DNA of 64,000 bases from an uncultured virus (IMG/VR IMGVR_UViG_3300042975_000037) (IMGVR_UViG_3300042975_000037); one strand, 5' to 3'; counted from the stretch's first letter, positions 18,704 through 28,099 are shown. Notes: generated by a model not told the origin, from the letters alone. Translations and numbers: made by a program.

Positions 18704-19095
18704 GCATTTAGGCAAGAAATGCGAGATGAACTTGTTTATTCCGGCCTTTAGCCGAATATATAGATAAACCTCTGCGGTGCTTGCCTCACTTGCAGGGGTT
18801 TATTGTTTTACAGCCCCTTCACTCCTGTCAAGAAACGGCTGAATACACACCGGGCAGGAGATAGAGCCAAGGTGGAGTGTACGGGCAAAACGCAAGACTT
18901 GAGTATGGATGCGTATACGGCGGAGACAATTCCGAAAAGCCATACGGCCGTAGTGCGATTGATCTGCACGAGGGCGGGGCAACTCAGCGACGACAACCGT
19001 CAGGAGAACATAGAGTGCTTCGGAGCCTACTGCTTGAGTGATCAAGTGGGTAGGGGAAACTCTGGAGACTCGTTCCTCTTCCCGTAGGAGTTTAT
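18704..19095 (+). ncRNA. candidate structured RNA (kissing-loop pair plus multi-stem domain)
   Basis: Hairpin loops AGGCAAG (18710-16) and CTTGCCT (18780-86) are complementary; further stems include CCTAC..GTGA..GTAGG and CTCCTG/CAGGAG. Confidence 0.5.
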
Positions 19096-19145
19096 ATTTT
19101 ATTCTTAGTTTATTATTTATATTATTATTCATTAAAGGAAAAATT

Positions 19146-19424
19146 ATGAAGAAACTGATTAACTTACTGTTTGACCGCATTGAACGGGTTTTGTGGTTCC
19201 GCTACATGATCTGGGTGCTCAAAAGAAATGATAATTCTGCTTATTATTATCCTATTGAATATGATGAAACCACAAAAAAGAATGTGCAAAAGGGACCGTA
19301 TGATCACTTGCCTGATGAAAATATTGATTGGTTGAGGAAACATAGGAATGATTATTTAGAGGGTATAGTTAAAAAAACTACCGGAATAGAAAATTCAACC
19401 CATGTTACTGATGATAAGTCTTGA
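19146..19424 (+). CDS. hypothetical protein
   Basis: ATG after an AT-rich leader (MKKLINLLFD...); its 3' end overlaps the convergent gene. Confidence 0.45.
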   Translation: MKKLINLLFDRIERVLWFRYMIWVLKRNDNSAYYYPIEYDETTKKNVQKGPYDHLPDENIDWLRKHRNDYLEGIVKKTTGIENSTHVTDDKS

Positions 19425-19693
19425 GATTTGCTTTTCTCTGCGCCAATGGATATTTTATCGAGGAAAACTCCGATTCCGGTCTTGCCGTCTTTCTGATCAT
19501 CAGTTATCAAGCCAACACGGAAATTGATGTTGGTTACCTTGAGGTTTGAGGGCATATTTACTACACTTGTAAGTGTGGTATTTGAATCCTTTACTCCTGG
19601 AGCTATGATCGCCCCCTTAGTTTCTTTCTGGCTTTCACATACGGCCTCGGTGACATCCTTTAGTACAGTTTTAATAAATTCTTTTAGTTCCAT
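19352..19693 (-). CDS. Trypco2-like protein
   Basis: MELKEFIKTVL..V..AV, INFRVGL, GIGV..IGAE, VEFSIPV pattern. Confidence 0.5.
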   Translation of the reverse strand: MELKEFIKTVLKDVTEAVCESQKETKGAIIAPGVKDSNTTLTSVVNMPSNLKVTNINFRVGLITDDQKDGKTGIGVFLDKISIGAEKSKSQDLSSVTWVEFSIPVVFLTIPSK

Positions 19694-19827
19694 ATTATAA
19701 ACAATTTAAATTCTAAAAGGTATGTATGATTCAGATGATGACAAAAAAGAATGGATATTAGCGATTGCCACATTGGTAATGTGTGCTATTTCTGCGTGTA
19801 TGTCTGTTGTTAGTCTTTTTGTTAAAT

Positions 19828-20163
19828 TTAAATTACTCCGATGACAGAAGCTATTGCCGCTATTGCAGCGAGTATAAGAGTTACCCATGCTATTATATTC
19901 TTCGCAATATTTTTTCTTCTCTCTCCCTTGAATCCTCCGTTCCGATAAAAATCCTTGCCCTTGTCAGTTGGATAGACAAACTGGCATTCGCCTGAGATTA
20001 ATGTCAAATCTCTGGTTGTTATAAATCCGAAACTTTGGAGCCTTTTGCAAATATTTTTAGGATTATTCATCCCTTTTATCTCATTAATATTAATACTTTC
20101 ATGTTCGCAGATGAATTTAAGCATCATATCTAATTCTTTCTCATCTTTGATTTTACCACTCAT
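19828..20163 (-). CDS. wHTH-like protein with C-terminal TM anchor
   Basis: PTDKGKDFYRNGGF followed by a hydrophobic C-terminus. Confidence 0.55.
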   Translation of the reverse strand: MSGKIKDEKELDMMLKFICEHESININEIKGMNNPKNICKRLQSFGFITTRDLTLISGECQFVYPTDKGKDFYRNGGFKGERRKNIAKNIIAWVTLILAAIAAIASVIGVI

Positions 20164-20737
20164 CTGATTTTAAATCTAAAATTTTATTAATCGTGTAGTT
20201 GACTTCATATTCCATCGCTTCAAGTCTTTTTAGCTTCTTCTTATCCGTTATCCTTTTGCCCTTTTTGAAGTACTTTTTAACAGCATCAGAAAAATACATG
20301 TTTGTCGTGCTTTGATTTTCCAAAACGGGAGTATTCCATAATTCGTCTTCTACAACTGGGGCGGATATTTTTATGGCGCCGTCCTTGAATTCAAAAACAA
20401 GATCCACATACCCATTATAATGATCGTCACCCATAAGGGAACTCATAATACTTTTACTACCAACATACGCTAAGTCGTCTACATATCTTACTTTTATGAT
20501 AGTAGGTTCCGTTACGCTCATGACTAATTGTGGGTTTTTGAACATTTTTGTCACGTTTGCTTTCACCTTATTATAGAGAATTTCGGCCTTAGTAGAATCT
20601 ACTTTCAGGATAACGTAATCTTTTCCGTCAACTGTTGTGTATGTCCCGTTTGCATTAAGGACAAAATCACATTTGTTGTCTGCAAATGAACTAATTGAAA
20701 ACAAACATATCAAAATCAGAAATAAGCCCTTTTTCAT
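20153..20737 (-). CDS. exported DUF4468-like protein
   Basis: Signal peptide MKKGLFLILICLFSISSFA; DGKDYV..AEILYNKV..FKNP..FEFKDGAIKI. Confidence 0.6.
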   Translation of the reverse strand: MKKGLFLILICLFSISSFADNKCDFVLNANGTYTTVDGKDYVILKVDSTKAEILYNKVKANVTKMFKNPQLVMSVTEPTIIKVRYVDDLAYVGSKSIMSSLMGDDHYNGYVDLVFEFKDGAIKISAPVVEDELWNTPVLENQSTTNMYFSDAVKKYFKKGKRITDKKKLKRLEAMEYEVNYTINKILDLKSDEW

Positions 20738-20797
20738 ATCTTCTATTATTAAAATCTATTTAAATACATGTATAATAAGTAAATATTAGTTAAATAA

Positions 20798-20849
20798 TAC
20801 AATTATACTGCTAAATACTTGTATTATACAATTTTTACTTGTATATTTG
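20798..20849 (+). promoter_or_regulatory. early rightward promoter with operator repeats
   Basis: TACAATTTTTACTTGTA (20827-20843) overlaps TATATTTG (20842-20849); a weaker copy starts at 20798. Confidence 0.55.
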
Positions 20850-20927
20850 CAGTAACAAAACAATTACAGTAGCAAAGATATATAAAATATTTGATACTAC
20901 GATAATTTTAACACAAAAACGACTGAT

Positions 20928-21251
20928 ATGAATAAAGCTAAGGTTTGTAAAATGGCAATCTCGTTAATTCGGGATTTTGGATTTGGTCAGGCAGACGCAA
21001 TGAAAAAAGCCTGGGCTGTTATGAAACTTGAAAAAGCTATGACTAATAAGGTCGTAACGTTCTGGTATATCAAAAAGACTACAGGCGAGTTGAGAGAGGC
21101 TCACGGTACAACTGATCCTCACAGATATAATTACACTGGTAAGGGTGTAGGGCACAAAGGTAACTTTCAAAATTGTGTTCAGTACTGGGACACTGAAAAG
21201 CAAGGTTTCAGAATGTTCAAGACCTACAATTTCGTAAAGGCAGAACTTTAA
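20928..21251 (+). CDS. SH3 beta-barrel / WYL_2 (DUF2693-like) protein
   Basis: VVTFWYIKKTTGELREAHGT..QYWDTEKQGFRMFK motif. Confidence 0.75.
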   Translation: MNKAKVCKMAISLIRDFGFGQADAMKKAWAVMKLEKAMTNKVVTFWYIKKTTGELREAHGTTDPHRYNYTGKGVGHKGNFQNCVQYWDTEKQGFRMFKTYNFVKAEL

Positions 21252-21262
21252 AGGATTTGGCT

Positions 21263-21622
21263 ATGACAACGAAAGAGAAACTACAGATACTTGTAAACCT
21301 CGCTGTGAGGTACATACAAGATAATGATGTCGAGAATCCCGATTATGTAGGGCAAGGCGAATATGAGGGCACTTCTGATCTTGAAATAGAGTCCGATTTT
21401 GCAGATGGCAGCGTGGGCTACCTCAAAGGCAGATATGTTGAGGATTTCGAGGATGATTCTGATTACAGTCAAGAGGGTTACGGTTACTGCCCGACGATCA
21501 CAGAGTGCGTAGTTAGCGTTGATAGTATCTCAATCATCGACAAAGATGATCATGAAATCAAGATAAGTAATGCAGATATGATTGCGGTCGAAAAGGCAAT
21601 CAATAAAGAGGTGAACGTATGA
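21263..21622 (+). CDS. hypothetical acidic phage protein
   Basis: ORF in the early operon. Confidence 0.6.
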   Translation: MTTKEKLQILVNLAVRYIQDNDVENPDYVGQGEYEGTSDLEIESDFADGSVGYLKGRYVEDFEDDSDYSQEGYGYCPTITECVVSVDSISIIDKDDHEIKISNADMIAVEKAINKEVNV

Positions 21623-21702
21623 TACAGATAGCATTAGCGATAGCAGACATATACTTGTTGTATGTATTCGCAAGAGAGGTAAAAGATAGTTTAAAGGGTT
21701 AA
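21619..21702 (+). CDS. 27-aa hydrophobic peptide
   Basis: MIQIALAIADIYLLYVFAREVKDSLKG*; ATGA overlap with the upstream gene. Confidence 0.45.
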   Translation: MIQIALAIADIYLLYVFAREVKDSLKG

Positions 21703-21981
21703 AACTCCAAATCTTCTGGTACGGCTGGGTTGAAACAGGACCTTGCAATCGAATTGAGCCGTACCGCTACTATCAATTGTATACCAATCCCAATTTTATA
21801 GGGTACACGGTAAGTCAACGCCTGAAGAAAGGTAGGGCGAACGGTCCATTATGTTTGGATAGGATACAGAAGCGAGATTGATTAGTAAGTCCATTGGACT
21901 TAAAAAATATTGCAGTGAGTGCCGTCAATACGGCCCGTAGCGGTTTATGACCGCTCACTGTACTAAACAAATTAGAGAGTT

Positions 21982-22194
21982 ATGAATTTCAGCAAAAGAA
22001 AAATTATCCGAAGCGTGCATGATGGTGATGTGCTTACGCTTGTTCTTTCGCAAGAAAGCGAGCGTGCGTGGCGTCAGAGAGTGCATGAGATCAACAGAGA
22101 GGATGGGTGGGAGCACTACCGTATCTCTAAAAATAGCAAGTTGGACACGCTTGCTATTATTGCGAATGTAAAACTTATAAAACATAAATTATGA
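21982..22194 (+). CDS. hypothetical phage protein
   Basis: 70-aa ORF coupled to the next gene (ATGA). Confidence 0.6.
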   Translation: MNFSKRKIIRSVHDGDVLTLVLSQESERAWRQRVHEINREDGWEHYRISKNSKLDTLAIIANVKLIKHKL

Positions 22195-22547
22195 AAGTAC
22201 TGAAATTGATTATCAAGCAGAAGTACTTTGACCAGATTATGGCCGGTACGAAAAAGCAAGAGTTCCGGGACATCAAGCCTTCCACGGAAAAGAAGTATAT
22301 CCGGATTGACAAAGATGGGTATGCTCTGAATGATAAGAACGGCAATAATATCCCAATCAAGTATGATGCGATCCGCTTTTATGTAGGCTATGCCAAAAAT
22401 CGTGCAACGGCTTTGGTAGAAGTGAAAGGTGCACACTCTGAGACTTATGTAGATGAAAACGGCAAGCCTGTTATGTGGCCACAGTATGGGCCGGATTACT
22501 GGGCTGAGAGAATGGTCTATGATCTGGGTAAAGTGATTAATGAATGA
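22191..22547 (+). CDS. ASCH-domain protein
   Basis: LIIKQKYFDQIMAGTKKQEFR (GxKxxExR), YDAIRFYVGY. Confidence 0.85.
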   Translation: MKVLKLIIKQKYFDQIMAGTKKQEFRDIKPSTEKKYIRIDKDGYALNDKNGNNIPIKYDAIRFYVGYAKNRATALVEVKGAHSETYVDENGKPVMWPQYGPDYWAERMVYDLGKVINE

Positions 22548-22837
22548 CCATAGAGACGTTAACGAATATCATATCCAGTGCGGTTGCGTTGGGTATGGCG
22601 CAATATAGGACGATGGTAGAGCCCCTGTCTGATAAGATAAGTCAGAGAAAGGCCCTACATTATATCAGGCGTATGGGTTACAGTCAGAAACTATTGTCCG
22701 CATGGACTGATAGGGGACTTGTACACAGACATAAAGATGGCGAGAGAAACTCTCCCGTCTACTACTCGATGAAAGAACTCAGTAGAGCAATACTGATGGA
22801 AAAGGTGGAAGAAAACGAAATAAGTGAGTGCTTATGA
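22544..22837 (+). CDS. hypothetical, possible excisionase-like DNA-binding protein
   Basis: ISQRKA..LLSAWTDRGLV..NSPVYYS wHTH-like pattern. Confidence 0.5.
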   Translation: MTIETLTNIISSAVALGMAQYRTMVEPLSDKISQRKALHYIRRMGYSQKLLSAWTDRGLVHRHKDGERNSPVYYSMKELSRAILMEKVEENEISECL

Positions 22838-23565
22838 GAATAGAGTTTAGAACCCTTCACGCTGATGAAATAGAGTGTAGGGTGGCCCAGAATGGAACAA
22901 TGTGGGCAATGTTACTCTTGTATAAGGATGCAAGGGTAGACCAAAGGCTGTTAGACGAAGTTGTCGGGCCTTTGAATTGGAAGAGGAAACACGAAGTTAT
23001 AGGAAATAACCTGTATTGTATTGTATCAATCTTTGACGAAGAGAAGAAAGATTGGGTGAGCAAAGAGGATGTCGGGACGGAATCCTATACCGAAAAGGAA
23101 AAGGGACAGGCGTCTGACAGCTTTAAACGGGCTTGCTTTAACTGGGGTATCGGAAGAGAGCTTTATACCGCACCTACAATCTTCATAAAGCTAACCGGGG
23201 ACGATTTTAACTCAAAACAGAAAATCAAGACACGGTTCAATGTCGCCTCAATCGGATATGATGATAATCGTAACATCAATAAGCTAACGATCGTGGATGA
23301 TAATGGCGTGGTTCGGTTTGACTGGGATAAGGCTAAAGGAGAAAAGAAGTTAGTCCCTAAACCAAAGCAGACACCTATAAAACAGCCGGTGAAGAAACTG
23401 CCCGTAGATGATGATTTGTACGATGCCTTCCAACTGATTAAGCCTGATATAGACCGGGCAAAGACAAAGGATGATATTAGGCTGATTATTGAAAATAATG
23501 ATAATCTGAAGAATTACCCCAAATTCCAGTCAGAAATAAACAAGAAATGGAAAGAAGTAGCATAA
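22834..23565 (+). CDS. Rad52/Sak-like single-strand annealing protein
   Basis: LLYKDAR..LDEVVG..NW, WVSKEDVG..EKGQASDSFKRACFNWGIGRELY. Confidence 0.85.
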   Translation: MRIEFRTLHADEIECRVAQNGTMWAMLLLYKDARVDQRLLDEVVGPLNWKRKHEVIGNNLYCIVSIFDEEKKDWVSKEDVGTESYTEKEKGQASDSFKRACFNWGIGRELYTAPTIFIKLTGDDFNSKQKIKTRFNVASIGYDDNRNINKLTIVDDNGVVRFDWDKAKGEKKLVPKPKQTPIKQPVKKLPVDDDLYDAFQLIKPDIDRAKTKDDIRLIIENNDNLKNYPKFQSEINKKWKEVA

Positions 23566-24476
23566 GATTGAATAAGTCACGTGTGGTGTTCGATGAGAGC
23601 ACCCACACTTATTCCTTAGACGGAAAGCCTTTAAAAGGTATTACGGGTACTCTTATCAGACGGGCTTTTCCACAGAAATATAAAGATGTCCCCGGATCGG
23701 TTCTTGCTCACGCAGCAGACCGGGGGCATAAGGTGCATGAGGCGATTGAGTTTCATGATCGTTTCGGGACTGAGGCAGACACGGAGATACTTCGTGTCTA
23801 TGAGGCTCTGAAAAAGGAAAACGGATTAACCGCTATTGACAATGAGTATCTTGTTTCAGATGAAAAGAACTATGCCAGTTCGATTGATATAGTAGACTTA
23901 AATAAAGCTAATGAGATTTGCATTACTGATACAAAAACTACTTTCAAACTCGATAAACCGAGTGTCTCTTTGCAGACTTCCATTTACAAGAAGTTCTTTG
24001 AAATGCAGAATCCGGGGCTTGTTGTTAAGCACTTGTATGGCTTATGGATCCGGGTTGATGATGACGGTAATGTGTTAGATAGCGGTTTGTTTGAACTTCC
24101 TATCGTCGCCGAAGAAACCATAGACGCTTTAATCAAGGCAGACCTTGCGGATAAGCCTTTTGAGTATCACCCGGTGCCTGACTGGTACGGTAACATGGAA
24201 AGCGAGTATGCAAGGTTGCTTGCCGAGAAAAACAAGATTGACGGCCGTCTTACTGAACTGAAAGACGGGATAATGGAGAATATGGAATCAGAAAAGATTT
24301 CACAGATCAAGACCGGCTTGTTCACGGTCTCTTACCTGGCTGCGAAAACAGGCAAGCGCTTTGATAGTGCCTTGTTCAAAAAGGAGAACAAAGAACTGTA
24401 TGATAAGTATCAGAAAGAAAGTATGACTTCGGCAACATTACGTATGCTGCCCGTAAAACAACAAGACAATGAGTGA
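23547..24476 (+). CDS. PD-(D/E)XK exonuclease (Cas4/YqaJ-like)
   Basis: FDESTHTY, RGHKVH, YASSIDIV, DTKT, SLQTSIY; adjacent to the annealing protein. Confidence 0.75.
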   Translation: MERSSIRLNKSRVVFDESTHTYSLDGKPLKGITGTLIRRAFPQKYKDVPGSVLAHAADRGHKVHEAIEFHDRFGTEADTEILRVYEALKKENGLTAIDNEYLVSDEKNYASSIDIVDLNKANEICITDTKTTFKLDKPSVSLQTSIYKKFFEMQNPGLVVKHLYGLWIRVDDDGNVLDSGLFELPIVAEETIDALIKADLADKPFEYHPVPDWYGNMESEYARLLAEKNKIDGRLTELKDGIMENMESEKISQIKTGLFTVSYLAAKTGKRFDSALFKKENKELYDKYQKESMTSATLRMLPVKQQDNE

Positions 24477-24780
24477 TTTTTTACATGGTTCTATCTGCCT
24501 TTCGGACATACCACGAGAGCTGATCAAGAAAGTCAGCTGTAAAGATGGTAAAGACAGATTGTTTTTAAATATTTCTGTTTCAAAGAAAAAAGTTCCCGAC
24601 CATTTCGGGTACACGCATTTCGTTTCATGTGCCCCGAAGAAAGAAGAGAGGAAGGAAGGTGTTCAATATATTATCGGTGATCTGAAAGAATATGTCCCAC
24701 CGGTCAGTGACGCAGTACAGACTACACCGAAAGACATTGAGGCTGCACCACCGGCAAACGATGATGATCTGCCATTTTAG
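24469..24780 (+). CDS. putative single-stranded DNA-binding protein
   Basis: GSICLSDIP start and acidic DDDLPF C-terminus. Confidence 0.65.
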   Translation: MSDFLHGSICLSDIPRELIKKVSCKDGKDRLFLNISVSKKKVPDHFGYTHFVSCAPKKEERKEGVQYIIGDLKEYVPPVSDAVQTTPKDIEAAPPANDDDLPF

Positions 24781-24783
24781 CCT

Positions 24784-25221
24784 ATGGTATATGACCTTGG
24801 GAATAACTTGCAAGTCGGTCAGGCAAAGATGAAACTTGACCGGCTTATAAAGAAGAAAGCAATAATAGATCTTACCGAGCACAGGCAACATAGAAGTTTG
24901 CCTCAAAACTCCTATTTACATTTGCTTTTAGGGTACTTTGCATCACAGACTGGCAATACACTTGAATGGGTGAAGAGAAAGTACTATAAGGAGCTTGTAA
25001 ATCCTACGATTTTTATCCGGGAAAAGCAAGATCCTTTTATCGGGGCGGTGAAATACCTTAGAAGTTCGGCCGACCTCGACACTGAGGAAATGTCAACGAG
25101 CATTGACCGATTCAAGAACTGGTCCGCCCAGGAAGCTGAGATTTATCTTCCTGATGCAGAAAATCCCCGTGAGCTGGCCGAAGCTCAGATTGAGATTGAA
25201 AGAAACAAGACATTTATTTAA
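24784..25221 (+). CDS. NinB-like / DUF1367-like recombination protein
   Basis: RSLPQNSYLH..RSSADLDTEEMS..IDRF..IYLP. Confidence 0.6.
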   Translation: MVYDLGNNLQVGQAKMKLDRLIKKKAIIDLTEHRQHRSLPQNSYLHLLLGYFASQTGNTLEWVKRKYYKELVNPTIFIREKQDPFIGAVKYLRSSADLDTEEMSTSIDRFKNWSAQEAEIYLPDAENPRELAEAQIEIERNKTFI

Positions 25222-25274
25222 GTTTTTCATATTAGTTGTTTTCGCCTGTTGCCTGTGAAGGTAGTGGGCGTTTT

Positions 25275-25358
25275 GGAAGAGTGGTGCAATTGGTAGACAC
25301 GGTACTTTTAGAAAGTACTCTAACAAAATGGGTAAGGGTTCGATTCCCTTCTCTTCCA
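25275..25358 (+). tRNA. tRNA-Leu (anticodon TAG), phage-encoded
   Basis: Acceptor GGAAGAG/CTCTTCC with A73; D-loop TGGTAGAC; anticodon arm GTACT-TTTAGAA-AGTAC; long variable arm; T-arm AAGGG-TTCGATT-CCCTT. Confidence 0.8.
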
Positions 25359-25463
25359 CGAAATGCAGTTCGATTCTGCTCGTTGGCCGAGATTTGGAAA
25401 ACGTACGAAATGGTTCGATTCCATTTTTCCCGTAATGGATAGCTGGGGCAAGGCAAGGCTGAA

Positions 25464-25573
25464 GAAGATAGTGGCGGAAACTGGTAGACGCACAGTGCGC
25501 AATGGTTATGAGGAAACGTTAGCGTACGCAACACGTTATCTTGTAATGCGGGTTCGAATCCCGCCTATCTTCC
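25464..25573 (+). ncRNA. tRNA-like element with non-canonical anticodon region
   Basis: GAAGATAG/CTATCTTC acceptor, TGGCGGAAACTGGTAGACGC D-arm, GCGGG-TTCGAAT-CCCGC T-arm; the ~56-nt interior has no standard anticodon arm. Confidence 0.55.
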
Positions 25574-25606
25574 TGTGCTATAATAAAATGATTTAAAAGT
25601 GATTTG

Positions 25607-27192
25607 GGGGCACATGTATAAATCCGTGTTGACTATAAGAAGATAAAGGTTGAAGTTATAAGTTGTAGAATGCAAGAAAGAGCGTATCTTTGCATCCATG
25701 AACAACAATAACAATAAATCCTATGAGTTCTTTGCAAGTTTCCTTCTTCCGGAAGGTATACTTGATTGGTTTGACCTTGTAAAGGTAGAAGAAGAGAAGT
25801 TGAAGATCTCTAAAAAGAACGTGTACACCGGCATACTACATGTATATCTTGATGAGCGGGACAACCGGAAGTCCGGTGAAGAGTCCCTGCAGGAACTTCG
25901 CCCCAATGGTTTCACGGAGCCGGCTCTTGTCAACGACTTTCCAATCCGTGACAAGAAGGTAGTCCTTCATATCCGTCGCCGGAGATGGACTTCTCCCGAC
26001 GGGCATAACGTCGTCCTGAATGTCTATCCACTGGCAGTGACAGGGACCCGCTACTCGAAGGAGTTTGCGGATTTTTTAAAAGAACGTCTTGGATACATCC
26101 CCGGTGACGGCACGTTCGCTGGAACCTTACTACAAGATTAACGGGGATCGCCTTGAACGGGCATACAAGGATTATCTGAGCGACTTCCGGCAATGGGAGC
26201 AGAAGCCTCATGCATCCGACTGGATATTGCTGGAGAAAAATATGGGTCCCAGGCTAAGCATAGACGAGACATCCCTGCAGGAAGACCTGTTCACGATCCT
26301 GTCCAACAAGGATGGCCATGGGAGACGCGGAACAGTGATTGCAGCCGTACGGGGGACGAAGGCATCGGAGGTAATCCGTATCCTCATGCAGATACCACAG
26401 GAGAAGCGTATTGAGGTCAGGGAAGTGACCATGGACTTCTCGGACAGCATGTATTCCATCGTGAGTGCAGTCTTTCCTAATGCGACAATAGTGATCGACT
26501 GTTTCCATATCATCAAGCGATGCGGTGACGCGGTGGAGGAAATCCGTCTCCGCAGCAAGCGTGAGGCAATAAAGGATCAGCGTAAAAGACAGGCGGAGTT
26601 CAGAAACAAACTTGAGCAAAGGGTGAAGCAGCGTAAATACTATCGCAAAAAACATCCCAGGAGGTATAAAGGCAGAAAGCGTGGCAGGAAGCCTGTTAGA
26701 CTCAATGAGCGCTTTAAGCCGGAGATACTTGACAACGGCGATACCGGAGTCGAGCTGCTCACAAGAAGCCGGGGACTACTGAGGGTAAGCAGAAACAACT
26801 GGAGCGATACACAGAAGATCAGGGCCGGATTGCTCTTCTCTTTATACCCAAAGATAAAAGAAGCGTATAACCTTGTCGACAGCCTCAGAAATATCTTTAG
26901 AATGAAGACTCTGGACAGAGTGAACGCCAGAAACAGACTGCATGAATGGTATAAGAAGGTTGCCGGCTGCTCCCTGAGGGAAGTCAAGTCTGCAAGGGAT
27001 GCCGTCAGGTTCAAGGAAGAGGAAGTGCTCAATTACTTTATCAACAGGTCAACCAATGCCGCTGCTGAATCACTCAACTCCAAACTCAAGAGATTCAGAG
27101 CGCAACTGCATGGAGTCTCTGATCTTACCTTCTTCATGTATAGAGTTTCCTTGATCTTTGGGTAAACTAACACGGAACTATGCTGGTGCCCC
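25607..27192 (+). mobile_element. ISL3-family (ISAon1-like) insertion sequence
   Basis: Ends GGGGCAC.../...GTGCCCC; 8-bp TSD GTGATTTG at 25599-25606 and 27193-27200. Confidence 0.9.
25698..27165 (+). CDS. ISL3 transposase in two overlapping ORFs (25698-26141, 26089-27165), probably joined by a -1 frameshift
   Basis: DFPIRDKKVVLHIRRRRW in orf1; SIDE, VTMD, DCFH, TNAAAESLNSKLK in orf2; slippery TTTTTTAAAA at ~26072-26081. Confidence 0.85.
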
Positions 27193-27271
27193 GTGATTTG
27201 CCCACCACATTTGTGAAAATATGGTGGGTTTTAAGTTGATCGTATTAAAAACATTATAAAGGTTGTTGATT

Positions 27272-27805
27272 ATGAAAGATGAAATATCGGAAGCAATAAA
27301 GGCAAAACATGGTGCCTATGAAAGTGTAGAGGCAAAATATGACGCCTATAAAAGTGTAAAGTCTTATTCAGACGCCTGTAAGGTGCTGGGGATAAAACCT
27401 TATCCTTTTAAAAAAGGAGCAAAAATAGGGGATATGGATTTGTCTCTTGATGTGGTTGATGTTGCAAAGATAAAGTTGATAACAATCACAAAAGCACTCA
27501 ACAAGTTGGATAACTGCAAGGAATCAGAATCTTATTATGTAGATCTTACGGGGGCAGCTATTACACTTGATGACAGTGCAGATATTAAAGACATCTTTAA
27601 CTTTTTTGTAGCAAGAAAAAGTGGTGAAAAAGATGAATATGATGGTCTTATGGTTACATCCACTTTGTATGATAAACCAATGTTATCATCATTAGCTTAC
27701 CATAGTCATTTTATTGCTCGTTATTCCGCTAAGCAGTTTCTTTCACTCTGGGGGGAATATCTGACAGGCAAAGAGTCAATTCCGTGGAGAGAATTAGAGC
27801 ATTAA
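27272..27805 (+). CDS. hypothetical phage protein
   Basis: KSYSDACKVLG..KLITITKALN motif; short 30-bp internal duplication near the N-terminus. Confidence 0.65.
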   Translation: MKDEISEAIKAKHGAYESVEAKYDAYKSVKSYSDACKVLGIKPYPFKKGAKIGDMDLSLDVVDVAKIKLITITKALNKLDNCKESESYYVDLTGAAITLDDSADIKDIFNFFVARKSGEKDEYDGLMVTSTLYDKPMLSSLAYHSHFIARYSAKQFLSLWGEYLTGKESIPWRELEH

Positions 27806-28099
27806 ATTCAGACTCAAAATGAACATAATACCGCCGGTGGTATCGCCGGAAACATTAACTTTTAGGTTATGGATAATAAGAGAAATCTTTTTGAGGATGA
27901 TGTGGGCCGGTATTTCTGTTAAATTCTATTTTTTCAAACTTTACGGCAAGATACGGGAGTGATTCCGGTCTTGCCTTATATTAATACCATATCTCACGGG
28001 AAGTTGATTACTTCCCGGATGAGGCCCTTAGCAGATACCTTCACGTGGTGGGCCTTGAGTAATGCTGAAATCTGTTGTTATTCATAATTATAATGTTTT

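Noticed and set aside
18800..19180. Overlapping 62-126 aa ORFs on both strands
   Set aside because: No protein motifs; better explained by GC-rich structured sequence or shadow frames.
25275..25358. Amber suppressor tRNA or stop-codon recoding
   Set aside because: The anticodon is TAG (reads CTA, Leu), not CTA, and phage genes are not broken by in-frame stops.
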